From the NCBI GenBank assembly GCA_964418645.1, contig CAYQME010000002.1, positions 385 through 64,384 on the forward strand: a stretch of 64,000 nucleotides of DNA, given 5' to 3'. Shown here in pieces: positions 9,614 through 19,481 of the stretch. Under the pieces are notes generated by a model. It saw only the letters and a program-made list of their open reading frames with translations. It searched no databases and was not told the DNA's origin. Source of the DNA: an uncultured Flavobacteriaceae bacterium. Its GTDB lineage: Bacteria; Bacteroidota; Bacteroidia; Flavobacteriales; Flavobacteriaceae. The translations under genes were made by a program, and so were the position numbers. Positions within the stretch are counted from its first letter, which is position 1. Every line of letters begins with the position of its first letter.

Positions 9614-9805
9614 TTAGATTACTTTTACGTTTACCGCGTTTAATCCTTTGTTACCTTCTTGTAAGTCGAATTCTACTTCATCACCTTCACGAACCTCGTC
9701 GATTAAACCAGAAATGTGTACAAAATGATCTTTGCTTGAACCTTCTTCTGTAATGAATCCATATCCTTTAGAATCATTGAAGAATTTTACTGTTCCTTTA
9801 CTCAT
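9614..9805 (-). CDS. Cold-shock protein (CspA family)
   Basis: 63 aa: GTVKFFNDSKGYGFI (RNP1) and DHFVH (RNP2). Confidence 0.95.
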   Translation of the reverse strand: MSKGTVKFFNDSKGYGFITEEGSSKDHFVHISGLIDEVREGDEVEFDLQEGNKGLNAVNVKVI

Positions 9806-9917
9806 TGTTAAAAATTAAAATATTAATAAAGCGCGAAGATAATGTTTAAAAAGATAATATCTTGGTTTTTTATGAATTATATTTTTAAGTCATGAAAATT
9901 TGTAAATTTAAAACTAA

Positions 9918-10244
9918 TTAATTCTGAATCCTCTTTTTCAAAAAATCTGGTTTCGAAACTAGATTGTACAAAAATGAGATTATTTGAAAGACAGAAAAAA
10001 TGCCAACTGCCCAAAATATTCCATAATACCATGGCGTTAGAGTGATACTTAAAATTACACCTAATATAATTGCGATAAGCGGATTGAAAATTTTTCCAAA
10101 GAGTATAAATAAAAATACTATCATACCAGCACCTCCAGCAATGATAAATAGTTCGTTATTAGTTATGTTACCGTAAATAAATGTGCTTAGTGCTATAATA
10201 TTTAAAAGACTTTTAAAGCATATTATTTTAAATTCTTTACTCAT
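9918..10244 (-). CDS. Small hypothetical membrane protein (3-4 TM)
   Basis: 108 aa, strongly hydrophobic helices, no recognisable family. Confidence 0.4.
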   Translation of the reverse strand: MSKEFKIICFKSLLNIIALSTFIYGNITNNELFIIAGGAGMIVFLFILFGKIFNPLIAIILGVILSITLTPWYYGIFWAVGIFSVFQIISFLYNLVSKPDFLKKRIQN

Positions 10245-10522
10245 GATAATCTAGTTTTTATTACAAAAAGAAGACCCCAGTTTTCTGGAACACATATTTT
10301 AAAAACAAAACACTCATTTTTACATATAGTTTTTCTGCCTACAAAATTAAATGTAAGTGGAGAAACAATGAGTGTTGTTATAGATAACGATTTCATTGTT
10401 AGAGTCTTAAAACTATAATTTGAGTAAAATGAATTACACAGTATTATAGAGGGATAATTAAAGATAATGCAAATAAATGAAATGGACAATCCTTTTGATT
10501 ACGCATCACCTATAATTAACAC

Positions 10523-10825
10523 TTAATTAAGAACTAATTTGTTAATTAAGGGCTTTCCAAGAGCTTCATTAAGAAGATTAATGATTTTCTCTTTCCCATA
10601 GCTAAGTTCTTCTCGGAGTACAGAAGAACTTAACTGAACATAAAGTGTGCTGTTTTTTAATTGAACTGTCGTAGTGTAACTATTTACTCCATTACCCATG
10701 AGGTTTTTCCAGGCATCTTGCACATCTATTTTATCAAGTCCTTTTTGGAGTTTATTAGTGTCTACAAATTCTTTTAGAGCCTCACCTAAATTCATATTGT
10801 CGTTATGGCGTTTTTTTATTGACAT
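10523..10825 (-). CDS. DUF721-like protein, the usual recF-downstream partner
   Basis: 100 aa, 1 bp after the recF stop. Position and size fit DUF721. Confidence 0.6.
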   Translation of the reverse strand: MSIKKRHNDNMNLGEALKEFVDTNKLQKGLDKIDVQDAWKNLMGNGVNSYTTTVQLKNSTLYVQLSSSVLREELSYGKEKIINLLNEALGKPLINKLVLN

Positions 10826-10826
10826 G

Positions 10827-11912
10827 CTATTCTAAATTAAAAATTTGATATGTTTGGTGCACATGCTTTATGGCGTTTTCTGTTCGCTCAGGATGTGTGT
10901 CACTTATAAAAATTTGACCAAAATTTTCATTATCTACTAAGGTAATAATTTGGGAGACACGTTGTTCGTCTAATTTATCAAAAATATCATCTAATAATAA
11001 AATGGGACTAACACCACTTTGCGCTTTAATAAAATCAAATTGCGCTAGCTTTAAGGCAATTAAAAACGATTTTTGTTGTCCTTGGCTTCCAAATTTTTTA
11101 ATTGGGTATTGGTCTATTTCAAAATTCAAATCGTCTTTGTGAATACCAACACTTGTATATTGTAAAACTTTGTCTTTGTTTAAGTTGTTTTTTAATAAAT
11201 TACTTAAATCGTCATCATATAAATCACTTTTATAAACCAGATTTACAATTTCATTATCATTACTAATGGTTTTATAACGCGCTTTAAAAATAGGAATGAA
11301 TACTTTTAAAAACGTATCTCGTTTTAGAAAAATAGAATGACCAAGCGTATTTAATTGTGTGTTGTAAATGTCTAAAGTATCGGTATTAAATGTGTTGTTT
11401 AACGCAAAATATTTAAGCAAAGCATTGCGTTGAGATAACACCTTGTTGTATTTAACTAACTCTTGAAGATAGGTTTTGTCACTTTGCGAAATGACACCAT
11501 CAATAAATTTTCGTCGTGTGTCACTTCCTTCTGTAATTAAATCTCTATCTGCTGGAGATATAATTACTAATGGTAAAAAACCTATATGGTCACTAAAGCG
11601 TTCGTAATTTTTTCCGTTGCGTTTAATGAGTTTCTTTTGTCCTTTTTTTAAGGAGACTATAATTTTTTCTTGGCGTTCTTCTTTATCATATTCACCATCA
11701 ACTACAAAAAAATCTGTATTGTGTTTTATATTCTGTGAGGACACTGGATTAAAGTAACTCTTACCAAAAGACAAATGATAAATAGCATCAAGTATATTAG
11801 TTTTGCCTATGCCATTTGGACCTACAAAACAGTTTATTTTACTGTCAAACTGAAATGTTTTAGCATCAAAGTTTTTATAGTTTAATATGGATAAGGTTTT
11901 TAAAATCATCAA
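10827..11912 (-). CDS. recF: DNA replication and repair protein RecF
   Basis: Walker [10 protein letters not shown], signature FGSQGQQKS and Walker [13 protein letters not shown]. Confidence 0.95.
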   Translation of the reverse strand: MMILKTLSILNYKNFDAKTFQFDSKINCFVGPNGIGKTNILDAIYHLSFGKSYFNPVSSQNIKHNTDFFVVDGEYDKEERQEKIIVSLKKGQKKLIKRNGKNYERFSDHIGFLPLVIISPADRDLITEGSDTRRKFIDGVISQSDKTYLQELVKYNKVLSQRNALLKYFALNNTFNTDTLDIYNTQLNTLGHSIFLKRDTFLKVFIPIFKARYKTISNDNEIVNLVYKSDLYDDDLSNLLKNNLNKDKVLQYTSVGIHKDDLNFEIDQYPIKKFGSQGQQKSFLIALKLAQFDFIKAQSGVSPILLLDDIFDKLDEQRVSQIITLVDNENFGQIFISDTHPERTENAIKHVHQTYQIFNLE

Positions 11913-12018
11913 TAAATGCGAGTTAATAATCTATTAAGAAGCGCTATGTTCTTAAAAAGGAAGTGCAAATTATTGAAAAATAACAAATAAATAACCTTTT
12001 TATTACCAATAAAAATTT

Positions 12019-12026
12019 TATTTTTG
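12019..12026 (+). promoter_or_regulatory. Candidate -7 promoter box (TATTTTTG) for the TPR-ribH unit
   Basis: Exact TAnnTTTG match, 22 bp upstream of the ATG at 12048. It overlaps the TTG that the ORF track used as a start at 12024. Confidence 0.45.
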
Positions 12027-12047
12027 CGGCGCATTAATATAGTATAT

Positions 12048-12806
12048 ATGGCGACTTACAAGAAAAGAGGTTATAAACCCAAAACAAAGGTAGAAGTAGA
12101 AGATAAATCAACAACAGCTGAGGTATTTAATACTTTAGATGAGGGGGCTTCTAAAGCAGAAGAATGGGTTGCGAAAAACCAAAAATATATTTTTATTGTT
12201 GTTGGTTTAGCTGCGGCAATCATTTTAGGTTATTTAGGATATAATAAACTTATCCAAGAACCCAAAGAGAGTGAAGCAAAGAACGATATGTTTGCTGCGC
12301 AACAATATTTTGATCAGGCTATTACCAATAGTGTGGCAAAGGATTCATTATTTACTTTAGCTTTAAATGGTGGTGAAGGTAAATTTGGAATGCTAGATAT
12401 TATTTCGGAATATAAAGGAACTAACGCAGCTAATTTAGCAAGTTATTATGCAGGTATGGCGTATTTAAATATGAAGGATTACACAAATGCCATCGAACAC
12501 TTAAGTAACTTTTCAAGTGATGACGAAACTCTAGGACCTATTGCAAAAGGAGGTATTGGAGATGCTTTTGTGCAATTAAATCAAAAAGAAGATGCACTTG
12601 ATTATTATGTACAAGCTGCTGCAATGAAAACCAACGAATTTACAACACCAATGTATTTGTATAAAGCAGGTACTATTGCTTTAGAGCTTGGTCAAAACAA
12701 AAAAGCCTTACAGTATTTTAAAAGAATAAAAGATGAGTTTTCTACTAGTACAGAAGCAGCAACTATTGATGTATTTATAGGAAAAGCCGAGGCTGCTAGT
12801 AATTAA
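12048..12806 (+). CDS. Tetratricopeptide-repeat membrane-anchored protein
   Basis: Starts MATYKKRGYKPK, has one TM (IFIVVGLAAAIILGYLGY), then TPR-like helices (YYAGMAYLNMKDYTNAIEHL). Confidence 0.6.
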   Translation: MATYKKRGYKPKTKVEVEDKSTTAEVFNTLDEGASKAEEWVAKNQKYIFIVVGLAAAIILGYLGYNKLIQEPKESEAKNDMFAAQQYFDQAITNSVAKDSLFTLALNGGEGKFGMLDIISEYKGTNAANLASYYAGMAYLNMKDYTNAIEHLSNFSSDDETLGPIAKGGIGDAFVQLNQKEDALDYYVQAAAMKTNEFTTPMYLYKAGTIALELGQNKKALQYFKRIKDEFSTSTEAATIDVFIGKAEAASN

Positions 12807-12810
12807 ACAC

Positions 12811-13296
12811 ATGGCAACTGCAAATAAAAATTTATCACATTACGATAAAACAACAATCCCAAACACGAAAAACTTTCGGTTTGGGATTGTTGTTTCAGAA
12901 TGGAATGATACAATTACCGAAGGTCTTTACAAAGGTGCTTACGATACTTTAATTGATTGTGGAACAACTAGTGATGATATTTTGCGCTGGAATGTTCCTG
13001 GAAGTTTTGAACTGGTTTATGGATGTAAGAAAATGCAGGAACAATCTGTAGACGCAATTATTGCTATTGGAAGCGTTATTCAGGGAGAAACTAAGCATTT
13101 CGATTTTGTCTGCCAAGGAGTTGCTCAAGGCATCAAAGATTTGAATATTCTACACGACACACCAGTTATTTTTTGTGTGCTTACCGATAATAATTTGCAA
13201 CAAGCTATTGATCGTTCTGGAGGTAAACATGGTAATAAAGGGACTGAAGCTGCCATAGCTGCTATAAAAATGGCTTTATTAAATAAGAATTCATAA
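12811..13296 (+). CDS. ribH: 6,7-dimethyl-8-ribityllumazine synthase
   Basis: 161 aa with FGIVVSEWN, VPGSFELV and GSVIQGETKHFDFV. Confidence 0.9.
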   Translation: MATANKNLSHYDKTTIPNTKNFRFGIVVSEWNDTITEGLYKGAYDTLIDCGTTSDDILRWNVPGSFELVYGCKKMQEQSVDAIIAIGSVIQGETKHFDFVCQGVAQGIKDLNILHDTPVIFCVLTDNNLQQAIDRSGGKHGNKGTEAAIAAIKMALLNKNS

Positions 13297-13369
13297 GCGT
13301 TATTATCTTCTAATTTGTTAATAATTTTTAGCAATTGCTAAGTATAAGTTCATTGTAATTTAAGTACTT

Positions 13370-13621
13370 TTGAATGTTAATAATAAAGATACTTTGTTAA
13401 AACAGCGCAAGAATAAAAAGTTTAATTATAAATCCAGATTTTCAAATCAAAAGGATGATTTAGATGAAGATTCTCAAGAAAGTAGGTTTATTTCTAAATG
13501 GCAAAGAGAAAGAGAAATAAATCTTGTTAAGAGTAAACGTGGTTTTTCTTTGTTTACATTAATACTAATTTTGGTACTATTATTGATTTGTTTATATGTA
13601 TTAGAAAACAAATTCATGTAA
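13370..13621 (+). CDS. Small tail-anchored membrane protein, paralog 1
   Basis: 83 aa with a basic N-terminus (RKNKKFNYKSRF) and a single C-terminal TM. The only in-frame start is a TTG at 13370, which overlaps a TACTTTTG box at 13365-13372, so the start is uncertain. Confidence 0.4.
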   Translation: MNVNNKDTLLKQRKNKKFNYKSRFSNQKDDLDEDSQESRFISKWQREREINLVKSKRGFSLFTLILILVLLLICLYVLENKFM

Positions 13622-13638
13622 CTTAAACAATAATTATT

Positions 13639-13920
13639 ATGGGCATTTTTAAATTACGTAAAAACAAAAAATTTGGTTATATACCACGTCATTACGATGA
13701 TAAAGGCGAAGGAAATCCTTTTGAAATTAAGCACAAGTTTGATGAGTATAGAACTACTGTAGGGAACTATAATTTAAAAGGTAAATTAAATAATGCACTA
13801 GCCGATTTAAAAGGTAAAAAAGATAAAGAATCTAACCGTAGAGTTTTAATTATTATTGCTGTACTTATTTTAATATTTCTCTTTATTATTGACTTTGATT
13901 TATCCATTTTCTTTTCATAA
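13639..13920 (+). CDS. Small tail-anchored membrane protein, paralog 2
   Basis: 93 aa, ATG start, RKNKKFGYIPRHY motif shared with the upstream ORF, single C-terminal TM. Lies 6 bp upstream of mutL. Confidence 0.55.
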   Translation: MGIFKLRKNKKFGYIPRHYDDKGEGNPFEIKHKFDEYRTTVGNYNLKGKLNNALADLKGKKDKESNRRVLIIIAVLILIFLFIIDFDLSIFFS

Positions 13921-13926
13921 TAATTA

Positions 13927-15771
13927 ATGACAGATATAATACAGTTATTACCAGATCATGTTGCTAATCAAATTGCAGCTGGCGAAGTTGTGCAACGACC
14001 CGCTTCGGTGGTAAAGGAGCTATTAGAAAACGCTATTGATGCTGGAGCTACAAATATAAAACTTATTATTAAAGATGCCGGTAAAACCTTAATTCAAGTT
14101 ATTGATAATGGTAAAGGCATGAGTGTTACAGATGCTCGATTAAGTTTTGAACGTCATGCAACTTCTAAAATAAAAACAGCCGAAGATTTATTTAATTTAC
14201 ATACTAAAGGATTTCGAGGCGAAGCTTTGGCTAGTATTGCTGCGATTGCACATGTGGAATTAAAAACAAAACCAGAACAGAACGAGGTTGGTACGCTTAT
14301 AAAAATTGAAGGGAGTGAAGTAATATCCCAAGAAGTTATTGTTGTTCCCAAAGGCACATCAATAGCTGTAAAAAATTTATTTTTTAATATTCCTGCTCGA
14401 CGTAATTTTTTAAAATCGACTACTGTTGAAACTCGCCATATTATTGATGAGTTTAATAGAGTAACATTAGCACATCCAAATATTAGTTTCTCAATGTATC
14501 ATAATGGAAGTGAACTTTTTCAATTGCCAATCAGCAATAAAAGGCAACGTCTTGTTACAGTTTTTGGAGGTAAAACCAATGAGAAATTGGTTCCTGTAGA
14601 TGAAATTACCGAAGTTTTAAAAATTTCAGGATTTGTTGGAAAGCCAGAGTTTGCTAAAAAAACTAGAGGTGAACAATTCTTTTTTGTAAACCATAGGTTT
14701 ATTAAAAGCTCGTATTTAAATCACGCAATTAATGCCGCTTTTGAAGGCTTGCTTCGAGATGATACACATGCGAGTTATTTTTTGTATTTAGATGTAGATC
14801 CAAAAACTATTGATATCAATATTCATCCAACAAAAACTGAAATTAAATTTGAAGATGAGCATACATTGTACGCGCTTTTGCGTTCGGCTGTTAAACATAG
14901 CTTAGGGCAATTTAATATTGCACCAGTTTTAGATTTTGAGCATAACAGTAGTATGGATACGCCTTATAATTATAAAAACAGAGAGGTATTAAATCCAAAA
15001 ATAGAAGTTAATAGAAGTTTTAACCCATTTAATGATCAAAAATCTAACGGATTTTCAGCACCATCTAAAAAGGAATCAGCTAGTCAATGGGAAAGTTTAT
15101 ATGTAGGTTTAGAATCAAAAGAAAATGCTTCACAGCATGATTTTAATGAAGTACAATTTGAAACAGATGCACTTACCTCTTCAATGTTTGATAATGATGA
15201 AAGTACAAAAGGAATTAGAACCTTTCAGGTTAAAAATAAATATATTGTAAATACTATCAAATCTGGTTTGTTATTAATACATCAGCATCGTGCACACCAA
15301 CGCATATTATACGAGCAATTTTTACAACATATAACAGTTAAAGAAGCGGTGAGCCAACAGCTGTTATTTCCTTTGCGTTTGGAGTTTTCTAATACTGAAA
15401 TTGCAATTATACAAAACTTGAAGGAACAATTGGAAAATACAGGATTTGTCTTTTCTAAATTGGAAAATGAAACTGTAGAACTAAAAGGAGTTCCAGTAAG
15501 TGTTGTAGAATCCAATGTTTCAATGGTTTTAGAGCAATTAATAAATGATGTTGAAAATGAAGTTCCAGATCACAATTTTAGCCAAACCGATATGTTAGCA
15601 AAAAGTTTGGCAAAAAGTTTGGCCATTAAAACTGGTCAGTATTTATCAATACAGGAGCAAGAGCATTTAGTAAATAGTTTATTTGCCTGTAAAGAACCAT
15701 CTAATTCTCCAACTAATAGAGCAACATTTATTACGATGAATGTGGAAGATTTAGATAAAAAATTCAATTAA
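13927..15771 (+). CDS. mutL: DNA mismatch repair protein MutL
   Basis: GHKL ATPase N-terminus: ANQIAAGEVVQRPASVVKELLENAIDAGA, DNGKGM and GFRGEAL. Confidence 0.95.
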   Translation: MTDIIQLLPDHVANQIAAGEVVQRPASVVKELLENAIDAGATNIKLIIKDAGKTLIQVIDNGKGMSVTDARLSFERHATSKIKTAEDLFNLHTKGFRGEALASIAAIAHVELKTKPEQNEVGTLIKIEGSEVISQEVIVVPKGTSIAVKNLFFNIPARRNFLKSTTVETRHIIDEFNRVTLAHPNISFSMYHNGSELFQLPISNKRQRLVTVFGGKTNEKLVPVDEITEVLKISGFVGKPEFAKKTRGEQFFFVNHRFIKSSYLNHAINAAFEGLLRDDTHASYFLYLDVDPKTIDINIHPTKTEIKFEDEHTLYALLRSAVKHSLGQFNIAPVLDFEHNSSMDTPYNYKNREVLNPKIEVNRSFNPFNDQKSNGFSAPSKKESASQWESLYVGLESKENASQHDFNEVQFETDALTSSMFDNDESTKGIRTFQVKNKYIVNTIKSGLLLIHQHRAHQRILYEQFLQHITVKEAVSQQLLFPLRLEFSNTEIAIIQNLKEQLENTGFVFSKLENETVELKGVPVSVVESNVSMVLEQLINDVENEVPDHNFSQTDMLAKSLAKSLAIKTGQYLSIQEQEHLVNSLFACKEPSNSPTNRATFITMNVEDLDKKFN

Positions 15772-15775
15772 AATA

Positions 15776-16597
15776 ATGAGAGGAATTACAGATACAGTAA
15801 AGCATTTATTAATCATTAATGTGATAATGTTTATTGGTACAATGGCTATTGGGAATGGAGAGCTATTTTATCGTTTTTTCGCATTATTTTATCCTAAAAA
15901 CGATCTTTTCCAGCCATGGCAAATCATTACCCATATGTTTATGCATGGTAATTTTATGCATATTTTGTTTAATATGCTAGTACTTTGGATGTTTGGTACA
16001 GCTGTAGAGCAAGTTTTTGGAATGAAAAAATTTTTATTTTTTTATTTCTCAGCAGGTTTAGGTGCTGTACTACTTACATTTATAGTATATTATGTGCAAA
16101 TTATTCCTTTTATGAATGAGATTTCAGCCCTTGGTTTGCCTCATGAATTGATTAGTAAGATTATAAATCTAGATATTGTTAATAATAACATGTACCAAGG
16201 TGAAATATTAGTTAGAAAAATGCAGCCGTTATTTGCTGAATATGGTCAAGACCTAAATAAAATCAATTCAGATACTTTTAATGCGTTGTTTAATTTGAAT
16301 GTTAAAACTAGTGGTTCTATGGTAGGAGCTTCAGGGGCTTTAATGGGTATTTTGGTAGCATTTGGTATGTTGTTTCCAGAGAGCAAGCTTATGCTAATTT
16401 TTTTACCAATACCTATAAAAGCTAAATATTTTATACCAGGAATCATTATTTTAGATTTAATTTCAGCAATTACTGGTCAGTCATTTTTTAGCCCTAGTAA
16501 TACGGCCTATATTGCACACCTTGGAGGTGCTTTGACAGGATTTATTATTATGTTTTTTTGGAAAAAAGACCAATTTGATAAATACCGTTGGAACTAA
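15776..16597 (+). CDS. Rhomboid family intramembrane serine protease
   Basis: HMFMHGNFMHILFNM, catalytic GASGALMG and AHLGGALTG. Confidence 0.85.
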   Translation: MRGITDTVKHLLIINVIMFIGTMAIGNGELFYRFFALFYPKNDLFQPWQIITHMFMHGNFMHILFNMLVLWMFGTAVEQVFGMKKFLFFYFSAGLGAVLLTFIVYYVQIIPFMNEISALGLPHELISKIINLDIVNNNMYQGEILVRKMQPLFAEYGQDLNKINSDTFNALFNLNVKTSGSMVGASGALMGILVAFGMLFPESKLMLIFLPIPIKAKYFIPGIIILDLISAITGQSFFSPSNTAYIAHLGGALTGFIIMFFWKKDQFDKYRWN

Positions 16598-17482
16598 ATG
16601 AATTCGCTTAATTATGACATAAAAGATAAACTAAAACGGTTAACTGCTTTTGAAAAAATAATAGCTGTCAATATTGTTGTTTATATAGTTGGTTGGTTTA
16701 TTGCAAACTTATCGAGCCTGTCAAGAATTAATAGTTTGTTTTGGTTAATCTTACCAAGAGATTTTACAGATTTTATTTTAAAACCCTGGTCTGTTGTAAC
16801 CTATGGATTTACTCATGTTGGCTTTTGGCATCTCTTTTTTAATATGCTGGTATTGTATTTTGTAGGACGCTCGTTTTCTAACTTATTTAGTATTAAGCTG
16901 TCTCTCAATGTTTATTTTTTAGGTATTATCGTTGGAGGTCTTTCATTTATGCTTGTTTATACTTTATTTCCCAGTGGTATTTTAAAACTTGCAGGACCTT
17001 TAGTTGGTGCTTCAGCAGGAGTAAGAGCAGCTTTAATTTTCTTATGTGCTTATTTGCCAAAAAAAGAAGTGCGTTTATTAACGTTTAACATTAAACTTAA
17101 GTATGTCGGTTTGGTGTTAGTTATTTTAGATATTCCAGGGCTATTTTCTTTAAATGCAGGTGGAAGCGTTGCACACTTTGGTGGCTATGCTTTGGGTTAT
17201 TTTTATGCCTTACAGTTAAAAAAAGGTATCGATATTGGTAAAGGTTTTGAATGTTTTATGGATAACATTTCCAGTTTCTTTTCTAAAAGGAAAACTTCTA
17301 ATTTAAAGACTGTTTATAAAGGCAAAAAGAAAGGTAAAGCATATGCAGGACATACTAAAGAGGAGTTTGGAGAGTTTAATAAACAAAAGAAAATAGATCT
17401 TATATTAGACAAAATAAGCAAAAGTGGTTACGACAGTTTAAGCAGCGAGGAAAAAGAATTTTTATTCAAAGCTGGGAAATAG
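16598..17482 (+). CDS. Rhomboid family protein, second copy, with a long basic C-terminal tail
   Basis: FTHVGFWHLFFNM, GASAGVRA (Ser present, following Gly replaced by Ala) and AHFGGYALG. C-terminal tail reads KKIDLILDKISKSGYDSLSSEEKEFLFKAGK. Confidence 0.75.
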   Translation: MNSLNYDIKDKLKRLTAFEKIIAVNIVVYIVGWFIANLSSLSRINSLFWLILPRDFTDFILKPWSVVTYGFTHVGFWHLFFNMLVLYFVGRSFSNLFSIKLSLNVYFLGIIVGGLSFMLVYTLFPSGILKLAGPLVGASAGVRAALIFLCAYLPKKEVRLLTFNIKLKYVGLVLVILDIPGLFSLNAGGSVAHFGGYALGYFYALQLKKGIDIGKGFECFMDNISSFFSKRKTSNLKTVYKGKKKGKAYAGHTKEEFGEFNKQKKIDLILDKISKSGYDSLSSEEKEFLFKAGK

Positions 17483-17490
17483 TAAGTCTG

Positions 17491-18513
17491 ATGAAGAAGT
17501 TAAAGGGAATAGATAAAATAGTGTTCTTATTCAACTCCTTCATTGCAGTTATACTTTTATTATCTTATTTATTACCATATGCATCACCAAAAAGGTTTGC
17601 GTCTATTTCAGTATTAAGTCTAATCGTACCCTTATTTATTATACTAAATGTTTTGTTTACAGTATATTGGTTACTCAAGATAAAAAAGCAATTGCTTTTG
17701 TCTTTACTGGTTTTGCTTTTGGGATTTAATTATGTTACATCATTGTATAAGTTCACATCTTCAAGAAATATTGATACTGAAAATAATCTCTCAATTATGA
17801 ATTATAATGTAAGATTATTTAATCTCTATAATTGGATTCCTGAAGAACATGTTGAAACACAAATTGTTAATCTTATCCAAAGAGAACAGCCTGATATTAT
17901 CAGTTTTCAGGAGTACCAACCCCAGGATAATGTCAACCTGTCATTTTATAAGTATAAATACGAAAAAGTTTCAGGCACTCGTGTGCAATACGGACAAGCT
18001 ATTTTTTCAAAGTACCCTATTATTGCATCAGGCTCTATCGCATTTCCTAATACTGCAAATAATGCTATTTATGCCGATGTTGTTAAGAATAAAGATACTA
18101 TCAGAATTTACAACGTGCATTTACAATCATTGCGCATTGATGCTGATATTGATAATTTAAAAACCGATGATTCTGAACGACTTTTTAAACGTATTAGTGA
18201 AACTTTTAAAAAACAACAGTTACAGACGGAGTTGTTTCTAAAGCATAAAGAAAAATCTCCTTATAAAATGATAATCTGTGGTGATTTTAATAACACTGCA
18301 TTTTCTTATGTATATAAAGAAATTAAAGGCGATTTAGTTGATACTTTTCAAGAAGCAGGAAACGGTTTTGGGCGCACATTCAATTTTAAATATTTCCCAA
18401 TTCGAATCGATTTTATTTTGGTGGACAAAGCGTTTAAAATCAATGGTTTTAAAACCATTGAAGATAAGCTGTCTGACCATTATCCAATTATAACTAAGGT
18501 AAGTTTACATTAG
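17491..18513 (+). CDS. Endonuclease/exonuclease/phosphatase (EEP) family protein with N-terminal TM helices
   Basis: Three N-terminal TM segments, then MNYNVRLFN, SFQEY, CGDFN and SDHYPI, typical of the EEP fold. Confidence 0.75.
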   Translation: MKKLKGIDKIVFLFNSFIAVILLLSYLLPYASPKRFASISVLSLIVPLFIILNVLFTVYWLLKIKKQLLLSLLVLLLGFNYVTSLYKFTSSRNIDTENNLSIMNYNVRLFNLYNWIPEEHVETQIVNLIQREQPDIISFQEYQPQDNVNLSFYKYKYEKVSGTRVQYGQAIFSKYPIIASGSIAFPNTANNAIYADVVKNKDTIRIYNVHLQSLRIDADIDNLKTDDSERLFKRISETFKKQQLQTELFLKHKEKSPYKMIICGDFNNTAFSYVYKEIKGDLVDTFQEAGNGFGRTFNFKYFPIRIDFILVDKAFKINGFKTIEDKLSDHYPIITKVSLH

Positions 18514-18813
18514 TAAACAGTCTACCCAATCGGCTATAATATGAATACATAATCCTAAGCCTAGTAGTCTCGTTTTTTTTGGAAGTAACTGTACTATATA
18601 AATACCAATAGCAATATATGAATGCAATGGATGAAAATTAATACTACACCTATTCGGATCAAAAATTGGTGTTGCTAATAAATGATCCAAATCGATGAGC
18701 ATGCTACTCAGCATAATAAAAAATGCAAATTTCCATTTTGCGTTGTAAAACAGATATGCAATAATAAGTGGAACTAATACATGTATGCCATAATGTATAA
18801 GTGGTTGCAACAT
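18505..18813 (-). CDS. Small membrane protein (DUF6122-like)
   Basis: 102 aa with IDLDHL and FHPLHS motifs. Its start overlaps the upstream stop as TAATG. Confidence 0.45.
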   Translation of the reverse strand: MLQPLIHYGIHVLVPLIIAYLFYNAKWKFAFFIMLSSMLIDLDHLLATPIFDPNRCSINFHPLHSYIAIGIYIVQLLPKKTRLLGLGLCIHIIADWVDCLLM

Positions 18814-19433
18814 TACAATGAAAGCTTTTGAGAATGTAAATAATTTAAAGCATTAGTTCCTTCATTAAAAAGTAAATCTAAAACACTCAAATTGTTAATG
18901 TAACCATGCTTATTTGAAAACACTTGTGTGTAAGATTCAAAATGTTGTTGCTGTTCTTTTCTGGCATTTACAAGAAAACGTAAATCGTTGCTGTTAAGTA
19001 TTTCTTTTTGATAGAAGTTAGTAGTTTTGTAATTTAAATCTAGTTCTAAACAATCTGCAATAACGTTGAGGCACTTAAAATTAAACTCCAGAATATACTG
19101 CTGTTTTTTATGGAATAATGGTGCAAGCTCATCTTCGTAAAATTCAAAGAAGGGTGAGGTTCTATAAGCACTTTGTAACGATTTCCAGTGGGATAGTTGC
19201 CAATTGGAATCGTTAACAATTTTCACATCTTTATACAGTTGTCTGTTTTTATGAGAGTGTTTTACAGGAATGCTTAAAGACAACTTTCCGTTAGCACCAT
19301 AAATATAAGTTCGATTTCTATGGGTTTGTTTTTGGTAATTATCCTCAACTTCAAACACTACATTTTCAGCATTTACTATCCCAACAAAATGTGAGATATT
19401 TGGAAAGTATGTAGGATGAATTATAATGTTCAT
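18813..19433 (-). CDS. WbqC-like family protein
   Basis: 206 aa starting MNIIIHPTYFPNISHF. The position after lepB matches remembered Flavobacteriia synteny (dapB-lepB-wbqC-like). Confidence 0.5.
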   Translation of the reverse strand: MNIIIHPTYFPNISHFVGIVNAENVVFEVEDNYQKQTHRNRTYIYGANGKLSLSIPVKHSHKNRQLYKDVKIVNDSNWQLSHWKSLQSAYRTSPFFEFYEDELAPLFHKKQQYILEFNFKCLNVIADCLELDLNYKTTNFYQKEILNSNDLRFLVNARKEQQQHFESYTQVFSNKHGYINNLSVLDLLFNEGTNALNYLHSQKLSL

Positions 19434-19481
19434 ATTTAAATGTGACTATGTAATTACCATTAATACATAGACAACTTATTC

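Noticed and set aside
10241-10489. 82-aa Cys/Phe/Ile-rich ORF with an ATGA overlap onto the 108-aa membrane ORF, and the otherwise unassigned 280 bp at 10245-10522
   Set aside because: The translation looks like non-coding AT-rich sequence. I found no clear promoter box, hairpin or RNA motif. It is left unannotated, and a short conserved RNA cannot be excluded without covariance-model searches.
9806-12047. Replication origin near recF and parAB
   Set aside because: There is no dnaA or dnaN gene, no DnaA-box cluster and no AT-rich unwinding repeats. recF in Bacteroidota is often unlinked to oriC.
12807-13369. FMN riboswitch associated with ribH
   Set aside because: ribH starts 4 bp after the TPR gene, so there is no leader. 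Nothing riboswitch-like lies in the 73 bp downstream.
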